Shown piece by piece: positions 53,886-63,485 of a stretch of DNA of 64,000 bases. Source of the stretch: Parcubacteria bacterium C7867-001 (GTDB lineage Bacteria > Patescibacteriota > Minisyncoccia > Phycocordibacterales > Phycocordibacteraceae); the NCBI GenBank assembly GCA_001189095.1, contig LFCK01000001.1, positions 84,485 to 148,484 on the forward strand, written 5' to 3'. The first letter of the stretch is position 1; the number at the start of each line of letters is the position of its first letter. The notes beneath the pieces are model-generated. The model was given only the letters and a program-made list of their open reading frames with translations, had not been told where the DNA came from and made no database searches. The position numbers were made by a program, and so were the translations under genes.

Positions 53886-55208
53886 ATGTGCGGAATTTTC
53901 GCGGTATTCGATATGCCGAAAGCAGCGGAATTGACGGTGATGGGTCTTCATGGACTCCAGCATCGTGCGCAAGACTTCGCCGGCATCGTCTCAACCGACG
54001 GCGTCAATTTCTATCGAGAGCGCGGTGCGGGTGTTACTCGCAACGTGTTTTCGGACCCAGCGGTTCTCGATCGGCTTCACGGCCATACGGCAGTGGGGCA
54101 CATCCGGTATTCGACACGCGACGATAAAGACGATCATCGGCGCGACAACACGCAACCCGTGATTGGCATTTATGCCGATGCACCTATCGCCATAGCTCAT
54201 AACGGAAACCTCACGAATATTCCGGAGCTCGAAGGGAAATTCCCCGAGGTGAAATGTGCGACGTCTATGGATACCGAATGGATCCTGCAGCTTTTGCGCG
54301 TTTTTGCGACGGGAGACTTGTGCAAGGACCTGGCGAGTGTCTTCCCGCACCTGCGTGGAAGTTATTCGCTCGTCATTCTCTACAAAGATCGGCTCATTGC
54401 GGTTCGGGACCCTTCGGGGAACCGCCCGCTCTGGATTGGTCGCATCAACGGCGGATACGTCGTTGCCTCGGAAACGTGTGCGTTCGCGAATGTGGACGCA
54501 CTAACGCTTCAAAGAGTGAAACCGGGGAGTATGGTTTCCATCGGATCGGAAGGTCTCGAGGAAATCTTGTTCTCCGAACCAAGACTCCGGCACTGCTGCT
54601 TCGAGGACATTTACTTCTCGAATCCGGCAAGCAAAGGTGTCATGGAATTCCGGAAGCGGCTCGGCGCAGCGCTCGAAGCGTCTGCTCCAGCGTCTGCTGA
54701 CGTGGTCGTACCCATTCCCGACAGTGCGAATTTCATAGCCGAAGGCTATGCGAAGAGCGGTCGGTCAGGCACCTATTCGCAGCTCATCCTGCGAAATCAC
54801 TATGTGGGCCGAACGTTTACGGCTGCGACACAGGCTCGGCGCGATGAAGAAGTCGCGCGGAAGTTTTTGTTCGCGGGTGATGAGATCAGAGGCAAGCGCC
54901 TCGTGCTTATCGACGATTCTATCGTTCGTGGCACGACGCTTCCGAAAATCGTCTCGAAGCTTCGCATGTTCGGAGCACTTGAGGTCCATGTGCGTATCGG
55001 CAGTCCGCCGATAACGCATGCCTGCTGGTACGGTATGGATTTCCCTGATGAAGGGAAGCTCATAGCAACGCATCACAACCCGAACACGCTTGCGTCGTTC
55101 GTCGGCGCTGACTCGCTCGAGTATCTTCCGCTCGCGGAGCTTAAGAAGCTCTACGAGGAGCCGGAGCATCGTTGCTTTGCCTGCATGGACGGACAGTACT
55201 GGTCATAA
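53886..55208 (+). CDS. purF: Amidophosphoribosyltransferase (cassette-type expression signals)
   Basis: MCGIF, LQHRAQD, GHIRYST, AHNGNL, IDDSIVRGTT, CFAC; TTGACG-17-TACTTT (53812-53840). Confidence 0.92.
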   Translation: MCGIFAVFDMPKAAELTVMGLHGLQHRAQDFAGIVSTDGVNFYRERGAGVTRNVFSDPAVLDRLHGHTAVGHIRYSTRDDKDDHRRDNTQPVIGIYADAPIAIAHNGNLTNIPELEGKFPEVKCATSMDTEWILQLLRVFATGDLCKDLASVFPHLRGSYSLVILYKDRLIAVRDPSGNRPLWIGRINGGYVVASETCAFANVDALTLQRVKPGSMVSIGSEGLEEILFSEPRLRHCCFEDIYFSNPASKGVMEFRKRLGAALEASAPASADVVVPIPDSANFIAEGYAKSGRSGTYSQLILRNHYVGRTFTAATQARRDEEVARKFLFAGDEIRGKRLVLIDDSIVRGTTLPKIVSKLRMFGALEVHVRIGSPPITHACWYGMDFPDEGKLIATHHNPNTLASFVGADSLEYLPLAELKKLYEEPEHRCFACMDGQYWS

Positions 55209-55212
55209 CATC

Positions 55213-55241
55213 AAACAGCCCGCGCTTTGCGCGGGCTGTTT
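55213..55241. terminator. GC-rich triloop hairpin (a second hairpin follows at about 55252-55278)
   Basis: AAACAGCCCGCGC-ttt-GCGCGGGCTGTTT. Confidence 0.8.
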
Positions 55242-55284
55242 TCTATAGAAAAACCGCCGAGCCAAGGGCTCGGCGGTTATGTTT

Positions 55285-57051
55285 TCATTCAGGCCGCTTT
55301 GCGGTCGTCTCGACTCGAGTGCGGAACTCTGCAAGGAGTTCCTTGATCTCAAACAAGATGCCGCTGCGTGCTTCTTCATGGTCGCCCCGCTCTTCTGCAC
55401 GCTTGACGCGACCAGCTTCATCGAAGGCGTAGCTCATGAGTTCGTTAAGTCCCTGAAGGAATAGAGGTTCGTCCTCTACGCCAATTTGTTGGTACGTTTC
55501 TGCCGTCCATCGCCAGTCGATATCAAGAATTTGCTCGAGCTGATGTTGAACACAGAGTTCAGTCACGCGCTCGATAAACTCAAGGCCGAGCTTCTGCCAA
55601 TAGCCATCAGATGATTGCGCATGAACGAGAAGCGAAGCTGCGAGGTTTACGTTGCGGATGTCCTGCTCGCTGGTGCATGCAAGAACATCAGAGCGTGACT
55701 TGAACTGAAACGGGAGATTACTGCATACCCGCGTCTGTTCCCACCACTCGAAGTTTGCGTCGAGAACTCCGCCGCCCGGAATAATGGGCCGCTGAGTGCC
55801 AAGCTGGTTGGTCTGGAAGGCGCTAAGCTCGTAACGACGCAGCACATCCGAGCCAAGATACGAAACTATTCCGAGGATCGCGGCGTTCTTGGCCGATACC
55901 ACTCCTGGAGTACACACTTGGATTTGGATGGCAGGGTTATGGAAGATGGAAAGACCGTTATGTCGTTCGATCATCCGTACGAGCTCGACTGCCGCTGTCG
56001 CATTTCCGACCGGTGGGAGTACTGCGCAGTATTCTGCCGAATCGATTTTGAACCCGCCTAGCTTGGGGCCGTTGAGGTTCTCATCGGTCAGGCTGTGTAA
56101 TTTAAGGCCGACCGACAAGAGTCCGTCGTGAGTCTCAAGGAAGAGATGCGACTGCAGTCTCGAATGACAACGAGTCGACAGTGATTCTTCGTCAAACTCA
56201 CACCGAATCACGGAAGCCTTCTTTATGCGAGCTTTCGATTCTAGTCGGATGCTGTGGAAGATCGGCCACACATTCTTTTTCATCACTGAGGTCAGACGGA
56301 AGGAGAACGAAGTAAGCGGCCGGACCCCTTTTTCTGGCACCACGTATTCTAGGTCGCCGATATCGGCGTAGAGCAAATATTCGTCAACCAGTTCCTCGAT
56401 TGCCGGAATACTTCCCGTTATCCGTTGGAGAAGTTCTTCCACCGGAGCTCGGGAGTAGAGCCGCTGCAGTTTCTCAAGCATGCTTCGCCTGAGAGCTTCA
56501 TCGACCGCCTTCTCAAAAGAAGGGAAATCGAACGCGACGCTTTCGACGAGAGAGATCGAAACCGAACCCTCGGTTTTGTGCGTTCGCAGCCCGTGGAATT
56601 CTCCTCCGTGCCGCTCAATAAGTTCGGTATATTTCGCAACAAGGTCGGTCTTGTACACTGCGCTGCTGGTCACCTCACGCAGCTTCTTCTTCCGGTGCCG
56701 CCCCGTATTCGAGAACGACGACTGAGAAAGCAGCTTGAGGTACTCGCAGAACGCGCTCCAGACAGTCTCGTCTTTGAGGAATTCCTCGAAGATTTGAGGT
56801 GTCGGATGAGAGAAAAACGCGAGTCCTATCGGATCTGCATTTTGGACTCGACCGAACAACTGTAGGCGCTCGTTCGCGCGCTCCCAGAGCCGCGCGCGTT
56901 CTTTTTCGGTGCAGCAAAGCAGAAACTCCCTGAACTCAGAGAACTGAGCATCAAGATTTCCGAACTTCGCCCGTCGGTACTCGTGCGAGTATTCAGAGAA
57001 CAGTCTTCCGCGAGGAAGCCGTAGCAAGGCTTCTTCGAGCAGGTCTTCCAT
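55285..57051 (-). CDS. Large hypothetical protein (cassette type)
   Basis: 588-aa ORF, AAAGGAG SD, hairpins on both sides, no recognisable motif. Confidence 0.7.
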   Translation of the reverse strand: MEDLLEEALLRLPRGRLFSEYSHEYRRAKFGNLDAQFSEFREFLLCCTEKERARLWERANERLQLFGRVQNADPIGLAFFSHPTPQIFEEFLKDETVWSAFCEYLKLLSQSSFSNTGRHRKKKLREVTSSAVYKTDLVAKYTELIERHGGEFHGLRTHKTEGSVSISLVESVAFDFPSFEKAVDEALRRSMLEKLQRLYSRAPVEELLQRITGSIPAIEELVDEYLLYADIGDLEYVVPEKGVRPLTSFSFRLTSVMKKNVWPIFHSIRLESKARIKKASVIRCEFDEESLSTRCHSRLQSHLFLETHDGLLSVGLKLHSLTDENLNGPKLGGFKIDSAEYCAVLPPVGNATAAVELVRMIERHNGLSIFHNPAIQIQVCTPGVVSAKNAAILGIVSYLGSDVLRRYELSAFQTNQLGTQRPIIPGGGVLDANFEWWEQTRVCSNLPFQFKSRSDVLACTSEQDIRNVNLAASLLVHAQSSDGYWQKLGLEFIERVTELCVQHQLEQILDIDWRWTAETYQQIGVEDEPLFLQGLNELMSYAFDEAGRVKRAEERGDHEEARSGILFEIKELLAEFRTRVETTAKRPE

Positions 57052-57094
57052 GACACTCTCCTTTTCAAGTTACATCTGGGCGAATATATAACAC

Positions 57095-57131
57095 AAAACG
57101 CCGCGACGAGCGAAGCTCGTCGCGGCGTTTT
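57095..57131. terminator. Triloop hairpin terminator after trxB
   Basis: AAAACGCCGCGACGAGC-gaa-GCTCGTCGCGGCGTTTT. Confidence 0.85.
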
Positions 57132-57141
57132 GCATGAGTCG

Positions 57142-58065
57142 CTAGCGCGTCTTCAAATGCATGTAGATATCTTCGAGTGCTTTCACGCCATCGCCCGCAG
57201 CGATGTTGTTCTGGTGGTAGAGCTCGTCGGTGCAGTCGCCTGCGGCCCAGACGCCTTCCATACTGGTGCGTTGGCTCCTTGGATCGGTCTTCACGCGCTT
57301 TACCTCATCGAGTTCGACAAGGTCCTTGGCGAAGTCGGTATTCGGCATGACACCGATTTCGACGAAGACGCCGGTGACCGGAAGTTCCGTCTTCTCTCCT
57401 GTTTTACAATTTTCGACGACGAGTCCTGAAACGAATTTGTCGCCTTTCACTTCGACGGGCGTCGAATCAAGGAGCGCTTTCATATTCGGGTGCGAGAGCA
57501 CATTCTTTACGGTAATAGGATCCGCCTTGAAATCTGAATACTTATGAATGAGCGTAACTGAAGGGCAGTAGGCGAGAAGTTGTGCAGCAGTCTCAAAGCC
57601 CGCATTACCGCCACCGATAACGGCGACATTCTGTCCGGCGAACAATGGCCCGTCGCAGGAGGCGCAATAGACAACGCCTTTATTTTCGAATGCCTCAGCA
57701 CCAGTAACGGTGAGTTTGCGGCGCGCAGCACCTGAAGCGATGAGCACCGTCTTTCCGGAGAAAGACTTACCGCCGTCGGTTGTTGCGGAAAAGAGATCAC
57801 CCTTTTTCTCGAGAGCTGTAACGCGCTCGCCCTCAGCGACCTCCACGACGTCTCCTTTATATGCTTCAAGATGCGCTTTGAGTGCATGGGCAAGGTCAAC
57901 ACCCGCAATCTTTACCGTACCGATCCAGTTCTCGATGCCGAGCGAGTCGGTCGATTGGCCGCCGAAGGTTTCGGTAATAAGCACCGTTTTTAATTGTTTG
58001 CGGGCGGCATAGACGCCCGCGGCGACGCCTGCTGGGCCGCCGCCGATGATGATGAGATCGTACAT
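57142..58065 (-). CDS. trxB: Thioredoxin reductase (TrxB/AhpF-like)
   Basis: GGGPAG, YCASCDG, GGGNAG, WAAGD. ATG 7 nt after TATACT. Confidence 0.9.
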   Translation of the reverse strand: MYDLIIIGGGPAGVAAGVYAARKQLKTVLITETFGGQSTDSLGIENWIGTVKIAGVDLAHALKAHLEAYKGDVVEVAEGERVTALEKKGDLFSATTDGGKSFSGKTVLIASGAARRKLTVTGAEAFENKGVVYCASCDGPLFAGQNVAVIGGGNAGFETAAQLLAYCPSVTLIHKYSDFKADPITVKNVLSHPNMKALLDSTPVEVKGDKFVSGLVVENCKTGEKTELPVTGVFVEIGVMPNTDFAKDLVELDEVKRVKTDPRSQRTSMEGVWAAGDCTDELYHQNNIAAGDGVKALEDIYMHLKTR

Positions 58066-58160
58066 GAGGCAGAGTATAGCAGAGTGTCAAAGATCACGAT
58101 TGGTGATAATCTGCGACCGGATTACCGAGAGATACCTTCTCGGAACTAAGGAGAAAAAGG

Positions 58161-58727
58161 ATGTTTTTACTCTTTCCGAAGATGAAGATCTCGCCTGCGA
58201 GCGACTTGAATCATCCGCTGTTCTACGTCGCCGGGCCCATCAGGGGCGGCGGCAGTTGGCAGGAACGGGCGTACGAGCTTTTCGCGAAAGAAGAGCCGGA
58301 TTGCATCGTGGCCACGCCGTGCCGCTACGCACTGGATCACTCGGTGCGTGTCTGGACCCACCCCCACGCGGTTCCTGACGCGTTCGAGCGCCAGACGGAC
58401 TGGGAAGATGAATACATGAACGAAGCCGTCTACGGAGCCAGGGGCTGCCTCATGTTCTGGCTTCCGGTCGAAAGCGTTACCGACCCGCGTCCGAGGGAGG
58501 ATGGTCCGTATGCGCAGGACAGCTACGGCGAGCTCGGCTATTGGCGCGCGCTTATCGAAGGTTCTTTCGATCCCTCGCAGCTCGCCATCGTCATCGGCGC
58601 AGAGCCTGGCTTCCACGGCCTGCGCAAACTGCAGCGCGACCTCGATCGCGCGGTCGACGGAACGTTCGTTATCCATCCGACGCTGGAAGCGACAGTGAAA
58701 GCCGCTGTCGACAAAGCTCGGATGTAG
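58161..58727 (+). CDS. Nucleoside 2-deoxyribosyltransferase-like protein (cassette type)
   Basis: FYVAGPI..SWQ, RQTDWE, LMFWLP, SYGELG; AAGGAG SD; hairpin 58743-58769. Confidence 0.65.
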   Translation: MFLLFPKMKISPASDLNHPLFYVAGPIRGGGSWQERAYELFAKEEPDCIVATPCRYALDHSVRVWTHPHAVPDAFERQTDWEDEYMNEAVYGARGCLMFWLPVESVTDPRPREDGPYAQDSYGELGYWRALIEGSFDPSQLAIVIGAEPGFHGLRKLQRDLDRAVDGTFVIHPTLEATVKAAVDKARM

Positions 58728-58782
58728 GGCTACTACAAAGAAAACCGCCCGCGCGTAGCGCGGGCGGTTATTCCTTTTCTCG

Positions 58783-60042
58783 TTATTTCTTGTGGCGGCG
58801 CAAGAAGCTCGGGATTGCGCCCCATGCCTCGTCCTCTTCTTCAGCGGGTGGGACTATTGGCTTAACTTCAGCGCGCTGCATTGGCTGTGCAGTGACGATA
58901 GGTTCCTCCTTTTCCTTTTTGGGAGCTGGGACTTCCTCCATCGGAGCCTCATCGCGGACTTCAAGCGGCTTGCCTGCCGGCTTCATGAAATCGTTGTAAA
59001 TCTTTCCGCGGGTTTCCTGCTGCGCCTCTTTTGGCATAGAGAAGAGCGAGCGCTCGAACGCGTTAGAGCTTGCGCTCTCAGCGCCCTCAGGGAAGCCAGT
59101 CGCGATGACGATGATGCGGATTTGGCCCTTCTTGAGCTTCTCGTCGCGCATGATACCGAAGATGACCTTCGCGCTCTTGTCGACGGACTCGCTGATGACC
59201 TTTGCTGCTTCCTGCACTTCGAGGATGCCGAGGTCTTCGTTGCCAGCGACCACGAAGAGGATACCCTTGGCGCCATTGATCGAAACATCGAGGAGTGGGG
59301 AATTGACCGCGAGCGCTGCAGCTTCTTGTGCGCGGCGATCGCCCTCAGCGACGCCGATGCCCATGAGGGCTGGTCCTGCGCCTTCCATGATGGCCTTGAT
59401 GTCGTTGAAGTCGGTGTTGATTTCGCCCGGGGTCGTGATGATGTCGGAGACACCCTCCACAGCCTGACGGAGGATTTCATCGCAAAGAGCAAAGGCGTTC
59501 TTTGCAGAGGTGTTCGCCTCGACGATGGAGAGGAGCTTGTCGTTCGGGATGACGATGAAGGCGTCTACCTCCTTCTTAAGGGCGGCAAGGCCGCGCTCGG
59601 CTATTTCCTTGCGCTGAGCACCCTCGAACGCGAATGGTTTCGTGACGACCGCGACCGTGAGTGCGCCCAATTCCTTCGACATCTTCGCAACGACGGCTGC
59701 AGAGCCGGTTCCGGTTCCGCCACCCATACCGCAGGTGATGAAGACCATATCGGAACCTTGGAGCGATTCCTGAATTTCCTGACGAGTTTCTTCAGCGGCA
59801 CGCTGACCAACTTCCGGATTCATGCCGGCACCGAGGCCGCGCGTGAGATTCTTGCCGATGTGGATCTTTCGTTTCGCAAGGCTGCGATGCAAATCCTGCG
59901 CATCGGTGTTAATGGCGACGAACTCGACGCCTTTCACCTTGGAATTGATCATGTGATTGATCGCATTCCCTCCGGAACCGCCGACGCCGACAACGCGGAT
60001 GCGTGCGAACGTTTCGATCTCGGGCATTATTTTTTTAGACAT
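58783..60042 (-). CDS. ftsZ: Cell division protein FtsZ
   Basis: [19 protein letters not shown]-terminal IPSFLRR. Confidence 0.98.
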   Translation of the reverse strand: MSKKIMPEIETFARIRVVGVGGSGGNAINHMINSKVKGVEFVAINTDAQDLHRSLAKRKIHIGKNLTRGLGAGMNPEVGQRAAEETRQEIQESLQGSDMVFITCGMGGGTGTGSAAVVAKMSKELGALTVAVVTKPFAFEGAQRKEIAERGLAALKKEVDAFIVIPNDKLLSIVEANTSAKNAFALCDEILRQAVEGVSDIITTPGEINTDFNDIKAIMEGAGPALMGIGVAEGDRRAQEAAALAVNSPLLDVSINGAKGILFVVAGNEDLGILEVQEAAKVISESVDKSAKVIFGIMRDEKLKKGQIRIIVIATGFPEGAESASSNAFERSLFSMPKEAQQETRGKIYNDFMKPAGKPLEVRDEAPMEEVPAPKKEKEEPIVTAQPMQRAEVKPIVPPAEEEDEAWGAIPSFLRRHKK

Positions 60043-60206
60043 ATAAATTTGTGTGCCGCTGGTAAGTGACCCTAATGATATACGTGTCGTCAAGGAGTGC
60101 AAATATTGACCGGCCACTAGAACGCGTGTCTTCGTTTTTGTGTCCTAATTAAAAAGAAGGCCGCCGCGGAGGACCGCGGCGGCAATTCTATCGTTACGAC
60201 TTACTT

Positions 60207-60485
60207 TTACTCGCCTCTGTCTAAGGGAACATATCCTAATCCATACACGAATTCTGGAATCCTCGGAGGAATTCCAGCCGCCCGCTGCAAGCGCAGCAGA
60301 CGGGATTCGAGCACGAATACATCGCTCCGTTCGATCTCGCACTCATCCTGAAGATATTGCCGGGCTTTCAGGCCGGTACGATCTTCAAGGATTTCAGCGA
60401 GCACAAACAAACGATACTTAGAAACAGCGAGCTCTTGAGCGGTCTCTTCGATCTCACTCAAAAGACTCTTTGTAACTCTGGCCAT
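60207..60485 (-). CDS. Hypothetical protein inserted between ftsA and ftsZ (cassette type)
   Basis: GGAGG SD, TTGACA overlapping the ftsA TGA, hairpin about 60160-60184. Confidence 0.6.
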   Translation of the reverse strand: MARVTKSLLSEIEETAQELAVSKYRLFVLAEILEDRTGLKARQYLQDECEIERSDVFVLESRLLRLQRAAGIPPRIPEFVYGLGYVPLDRGE

Positions 60486-60606
60486 GTCAGCCTCCGTTGC
60501 GAGTCAGGATGACTCGCTTCTGAGTCTGATAGGTCTATGGATCGGAGCAGTTGGTGTGCATCGCGACCTCCTTCTAATATTTCTATATTCTATAAATAGC
60601 CTTGTG

Positions 60607-61773
60607 TCAAGGCATGAACTGCTTGAGGAATTTGCCGAAGGAGCCAGTAATTTTAAAGAAGGTGTGGCGACGAGGAGTTTCAGTGTCGCCAGTGAGGCCC
60701 CAGAGCGCGAGGCCGTAGGCTACCGACCATGTTGCGTCGCGAATCTTCGCGTCTGGCGCGAGCTTCATGTCGGCAATCTTTGCTGGAAGGGAAAGCGAGC
60801 CTTTTGCGATATCGCTCACCGAGCCCTGTCCTGAGCCGCCACCTGAAAGAATGATGCCAGCAGGGAGCGCGCGATGTCGTCCGAGAGAGCGTAGATGCTT
60901 GTCGATGAGATCGAACATGCTTTTGAAACGAGAAGAAACGATTTCATCGACGCGCTTCTTCGAGTACATCTGCCCGCCAAGGCGCCCGAGCTTGATGCGC
61001 TCTGCGTCTTCAAGCGAGACTTTGAATCCGAGCGCGAGGTCGTCGGTGATATGAGTCGAGCCGGTCGCGAAGACCTTCACGGATACTGGCATGCCTTCGT
61101 CATAGACCACGATGGAAACGGTTTCAGCGCCGATGTTCGCAAGCACGCAACCTTTCATCTTCTGGTCTTTGGAAAGCGTGACGTAGGAACCTGCAAGCGG
61201 GGAAGCCATGCAGTCGACGACTTCAATATCGGCCGATTCGACCACGTTCGTGAGCGTGTCTGCGTGTTGCGCAAGGCAGGTAACGAAAAGGAAATCGCCG
61301 GTGAGGCGGGTACCCTTCATTCCGACGGGATCACCAAGGGCTTTCGCTCCGTCGATGGTCCACGCGAGCGGGATCTCGTGAAGGATCTTCCTATTAAGGA
61401 AGCTGGGAGAAGCGGCGAGTCGAGCGGCATCGCGCACCTTATCTATATCAAGGTCAGTGATTTCCTGATCGGCGCGCGAGATGATAGTCTCGCCGGTCGC
61501 GCGCGCCTCTTCTATTGAAATGCCGCCGATGGCGACGAAGCCATTGCGAATGGGAACTTGTGCGGTCGCTTCTGCCTGCTTCTTCGCAAGCCTTAGGCTT
61601 TCAGCTGCGTCCTCTGTATCGACGATGTAGCCGTGGCGTACCCCGAGGGTGTCAGCGAGGCCGGTTCCTATTATGCGCAGCGCGGGGCCGTTTGGTCCTT
61701 TGAGTTCCTCGACCACGACGATTTTCGTCTGATGAGTTCCGATATCTATGCCGGTCGCTATTCTGCGTGTCAT
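60607..61773 (-). CDS. ftsA: Cell division protein FtsA
   Basis: GIDIGTHQTK, DPVGMKG, NIGAETV, ILSGGGS, amphipathic C-terminus. Confidence 0.95.
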   Translation of the reverse strand: MTRRIATGIDIGTHQTKIVVVEELKGPNGPALRIIGTGLADTLGVRHGYIVDTEDAAESLRLAKKQAEATAQVPIRNGFVAIGGISIEEARATGETIISRADQEITDLDIDKVRDAARLAASPSFLNRKILHEIPLAWTIDGAKALGDPVGMKGTRLTGDFLFVTCLAQHADTLTNVVESADIEVVDCMASPLAGSYVTLSKDQKMKGCVLANIGAETVSIVVYDEGMPVSVKVFATGSTHITDDLALGFKVSLEDAERIKLGRLGGQMYSKKRVDEIVSSRFKSMFDLIDKHLRSLGRHRALPAGIILSGGGSGQGSVSDIAKGSLSLPAKIADMKLAPDAKIRDATWSVAYGLALWGLTGDTETPRRHTFFKITGSFGKFLKQFMP

Positions 61774-62161
61774 GGGTAGGAAAAGGTACGCGAACAAAGC
61801 GGACAAAGGCTGCCCGTTCGAGTCTTTCCATTGTAGCCCCGTGAGGGTGCCCCTTCAAATGGATAAGCGCGTGGATAAACAAGAATGCGACGAATTGCGG
61901 ATAGGTCATTCCATACTCAGGCGCTTGTTCTTTTGCGACGGCAAGACAGATCAAAACCTCCGCAGAGTTCTTTCCAATGTCATAGGCGAGTACATTCGGC
62001 GTGTAGGATTTCTTTCGAAGCTGCATATTCACCTTTTGCGCCTCTCGTTCCGTAACGAACACTAGCGAAAGTTCGTGTTTTGGAAGGAGGCCTTTTGCTA
62101 TGGACGCGAACGGCGCGCCAGGGATGGCGCGCCGTGTCGTGTTTTTAATGTCGAGTGACAT
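61652..62161 (-). CDS. ybeY: rRNA maturation endoribonuclease YbeY
   Basis: LRKKSYTPNVLAY, HALIHLKGHPH metal motif; 3' end overlaps ftsA by 122 bp. Confidence 0.85.
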   Translation of the reverse strand: MSLDIKNTTRRAIPGAPFASIAKGLLPKHELSLVFVTEREAQKVNMQLRKKSYTPNVLAYDIGKNSAEVLICLAVAKEQAPEYGMTYPQFVAFLFIHALIHLKGHPHGATMERLERAAFVRFVRVPFPTHDTQNSDRHRYRNSSDENRRGRGTQRTKRPRAAHNRNRPR

Positions 62162-62169
62162 TCGAGAGA

Positions 62170-62427
62170 TTAACGCTTCTTCCCGCGAGCTGCAGCAGGA
62201 TCAATCTTACCCAACTTCACATCCTCGTTGTATTTCATCTTGCGAGCTCCCTTGATGAGGGCGCGCATGTGGTCGACGTTCTTCGACTTCTGGCGCTCGT
62301 AGTAGCGCTTCTTACGCATCATGCGCACGAGATTAAGCCCCTGCGCGCGGCGGGAAAAGCGACGGATAAGCGAGGCAGAACTCTCGTTCTTACCGCGACG
62401 TACCTCAACGCGTGTTGCGTTTACCAT
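62170..62427 (-). CDS. rpsU: 30S ribosomal protein bS21-like
   Basis: VEVRRGKNESSASLIRRFSRR..RYYERQKS, basic 85 aa. Confidence 0.7.
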   Translation of the reverse strand: MVNATRVEVRRGKNESSASLIRRFSRRAQGLNLVRMMRKKRYYERQKSKNVDHMRALIKGARKMKYNEDVKLGKIDPAAARGKKR

Positions 62428-62532
62428 AGTAGGAAGAATTTAGCACAGGGGGCGGGGTACTGTCTAGGTATGGAAAAAGGGCGCGGAGCAAAGCTCCGCG
62501 CCCGTATCTCGTCGCTCTCATGTTCTGGGCTG

Positions 62533-62820
62533 CTAGTGCAGCAGGCCCGAAACAAACTCCGGGAAGAACATGACAGCTCCCGCGCTAAGCGCGCCAAGGC
62601 AAGACAGCACGGCTAAGGCCCAGAAAACCGGGGTTAGCGACTTCTTGCTCTCCACGAAGTCGGCCAGCAGCGCCGAGCCGGAGCAGAGGAGGAATGACCA
62701 ATACTTGATGTATTGGAGCTCCGTGTGGCCTTTGGTAGCGATCGAAATCGCTGCGAGGATTAGAACGATCCAGAGAAGAGCTGCTGAGATCGTGTACTTA
62801 TTTTTAACTGTTTCTGACAT
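62533..62820 (-). CDS. Small 3-TM orphan (cassette type)
   Basis: GAGGTG SD, TTGACA-17-TAAAAT (62867-62839), hairpin 62479-62503. Confidence 0.7.
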   Translation of the reverse strand: MSETVKNKYTISAALLWIVLILAAISIATKGHTELQYIKYWSFLLCSGSALLADFVESKKSLTPVFWALAVLSCLGALSAGAVMFFPEFVSGLLH

Positions 62821-62906
62821 GGTGTCACCTCTGAATGTATTTTATCCATATTTATCATATATGTCAATAGATACAGGAAAACGCCGCCCCTCTGGGGCGG
62901 CGTTAG

Positions 62907-63443
62907 TTAGCTTGCGCGAGCGACGCGCTCGAGCTTCGTGCGCTTGGTGATGCCGAGGAATGCCATAGGAACCCCCAGCTGGCTGATCAGCGTTTCCGGC
63001 GGAGTCCATTGCATGGACAGGCGGTATTGCCGAGGGCCGTTAGGCGCAGCGTACGGCATGAAGGGCGCTCCCTTGAAGGAGAGGAGCGTCCCCGGCGCCG
63101 CGATACGCAGCGGCCACGCAGGGAAGCCGAACGCCTTCCGAAAAGCGAGCAGTTCATACAGGTTCGCCGGCTCGATTTTGTAGCGAGTATGGGCGAACGC
63201 CCAATGCACATCGGCGATCTTGGGTGGCGAATGAAACTGCAGCAAGCGGAATTTGCATTCGTGAACGCCGATATGCGGCGTTTCGAACAGCCGCCAATTT
63301 TCGCTATAGGCGAGCTCAATTTTCGGGTCGAGCAGGCTCACAGAAGCGTTTGGGAATTCACGTCGAATTTGGAACATAACAGGTTCGCCGTAGTTAACGG
63401 TCAGAACCCGCCTTTTCTTCAGCAGGAATTTGGAACTATGCAT
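62907..63443 (-). CDS. Hypothetical protein (cassette type)
   Basis: AAGGAGG SD, EPANLYELLAF segment, hairpin about 62880-62904. Confidence 0.65.
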   Translation of the reverse strand: MHSSKFLLKKRRVLTVNYGEPVMFQIRREFPNASVSLLDPKIELAYSENWRLFETPHIGVHECKFRLLQFHSPPKIADVHWAFAHTRYKIEPANLYELLAFRKAFGFPAWPLRIAAPGTLLSFKGAPFMPYAAPNGPRQYRLSMQWTPPETLISQLGVPMAFLGITKRTKLERVARAS

Positions 63444-63485
63444 TTGTTCCTCCTTTTCTTCTATTTTTCTAACACAAAAACTCTT

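Noticed and set aside
16800..60069. Long antisense ORFs (e.g. 16800-18032, 39342-40358, 58792-60069)
   Set aside because: Shadows of real genes caused by GC-rich codon bias; no motifs or expression signals.
61652..61773. ybeY-ftsA 122-bp overlap as a functional dual-coding region
   Set aside because: The YbeY core ends before the overlap; the tail looks like neutral read-through.
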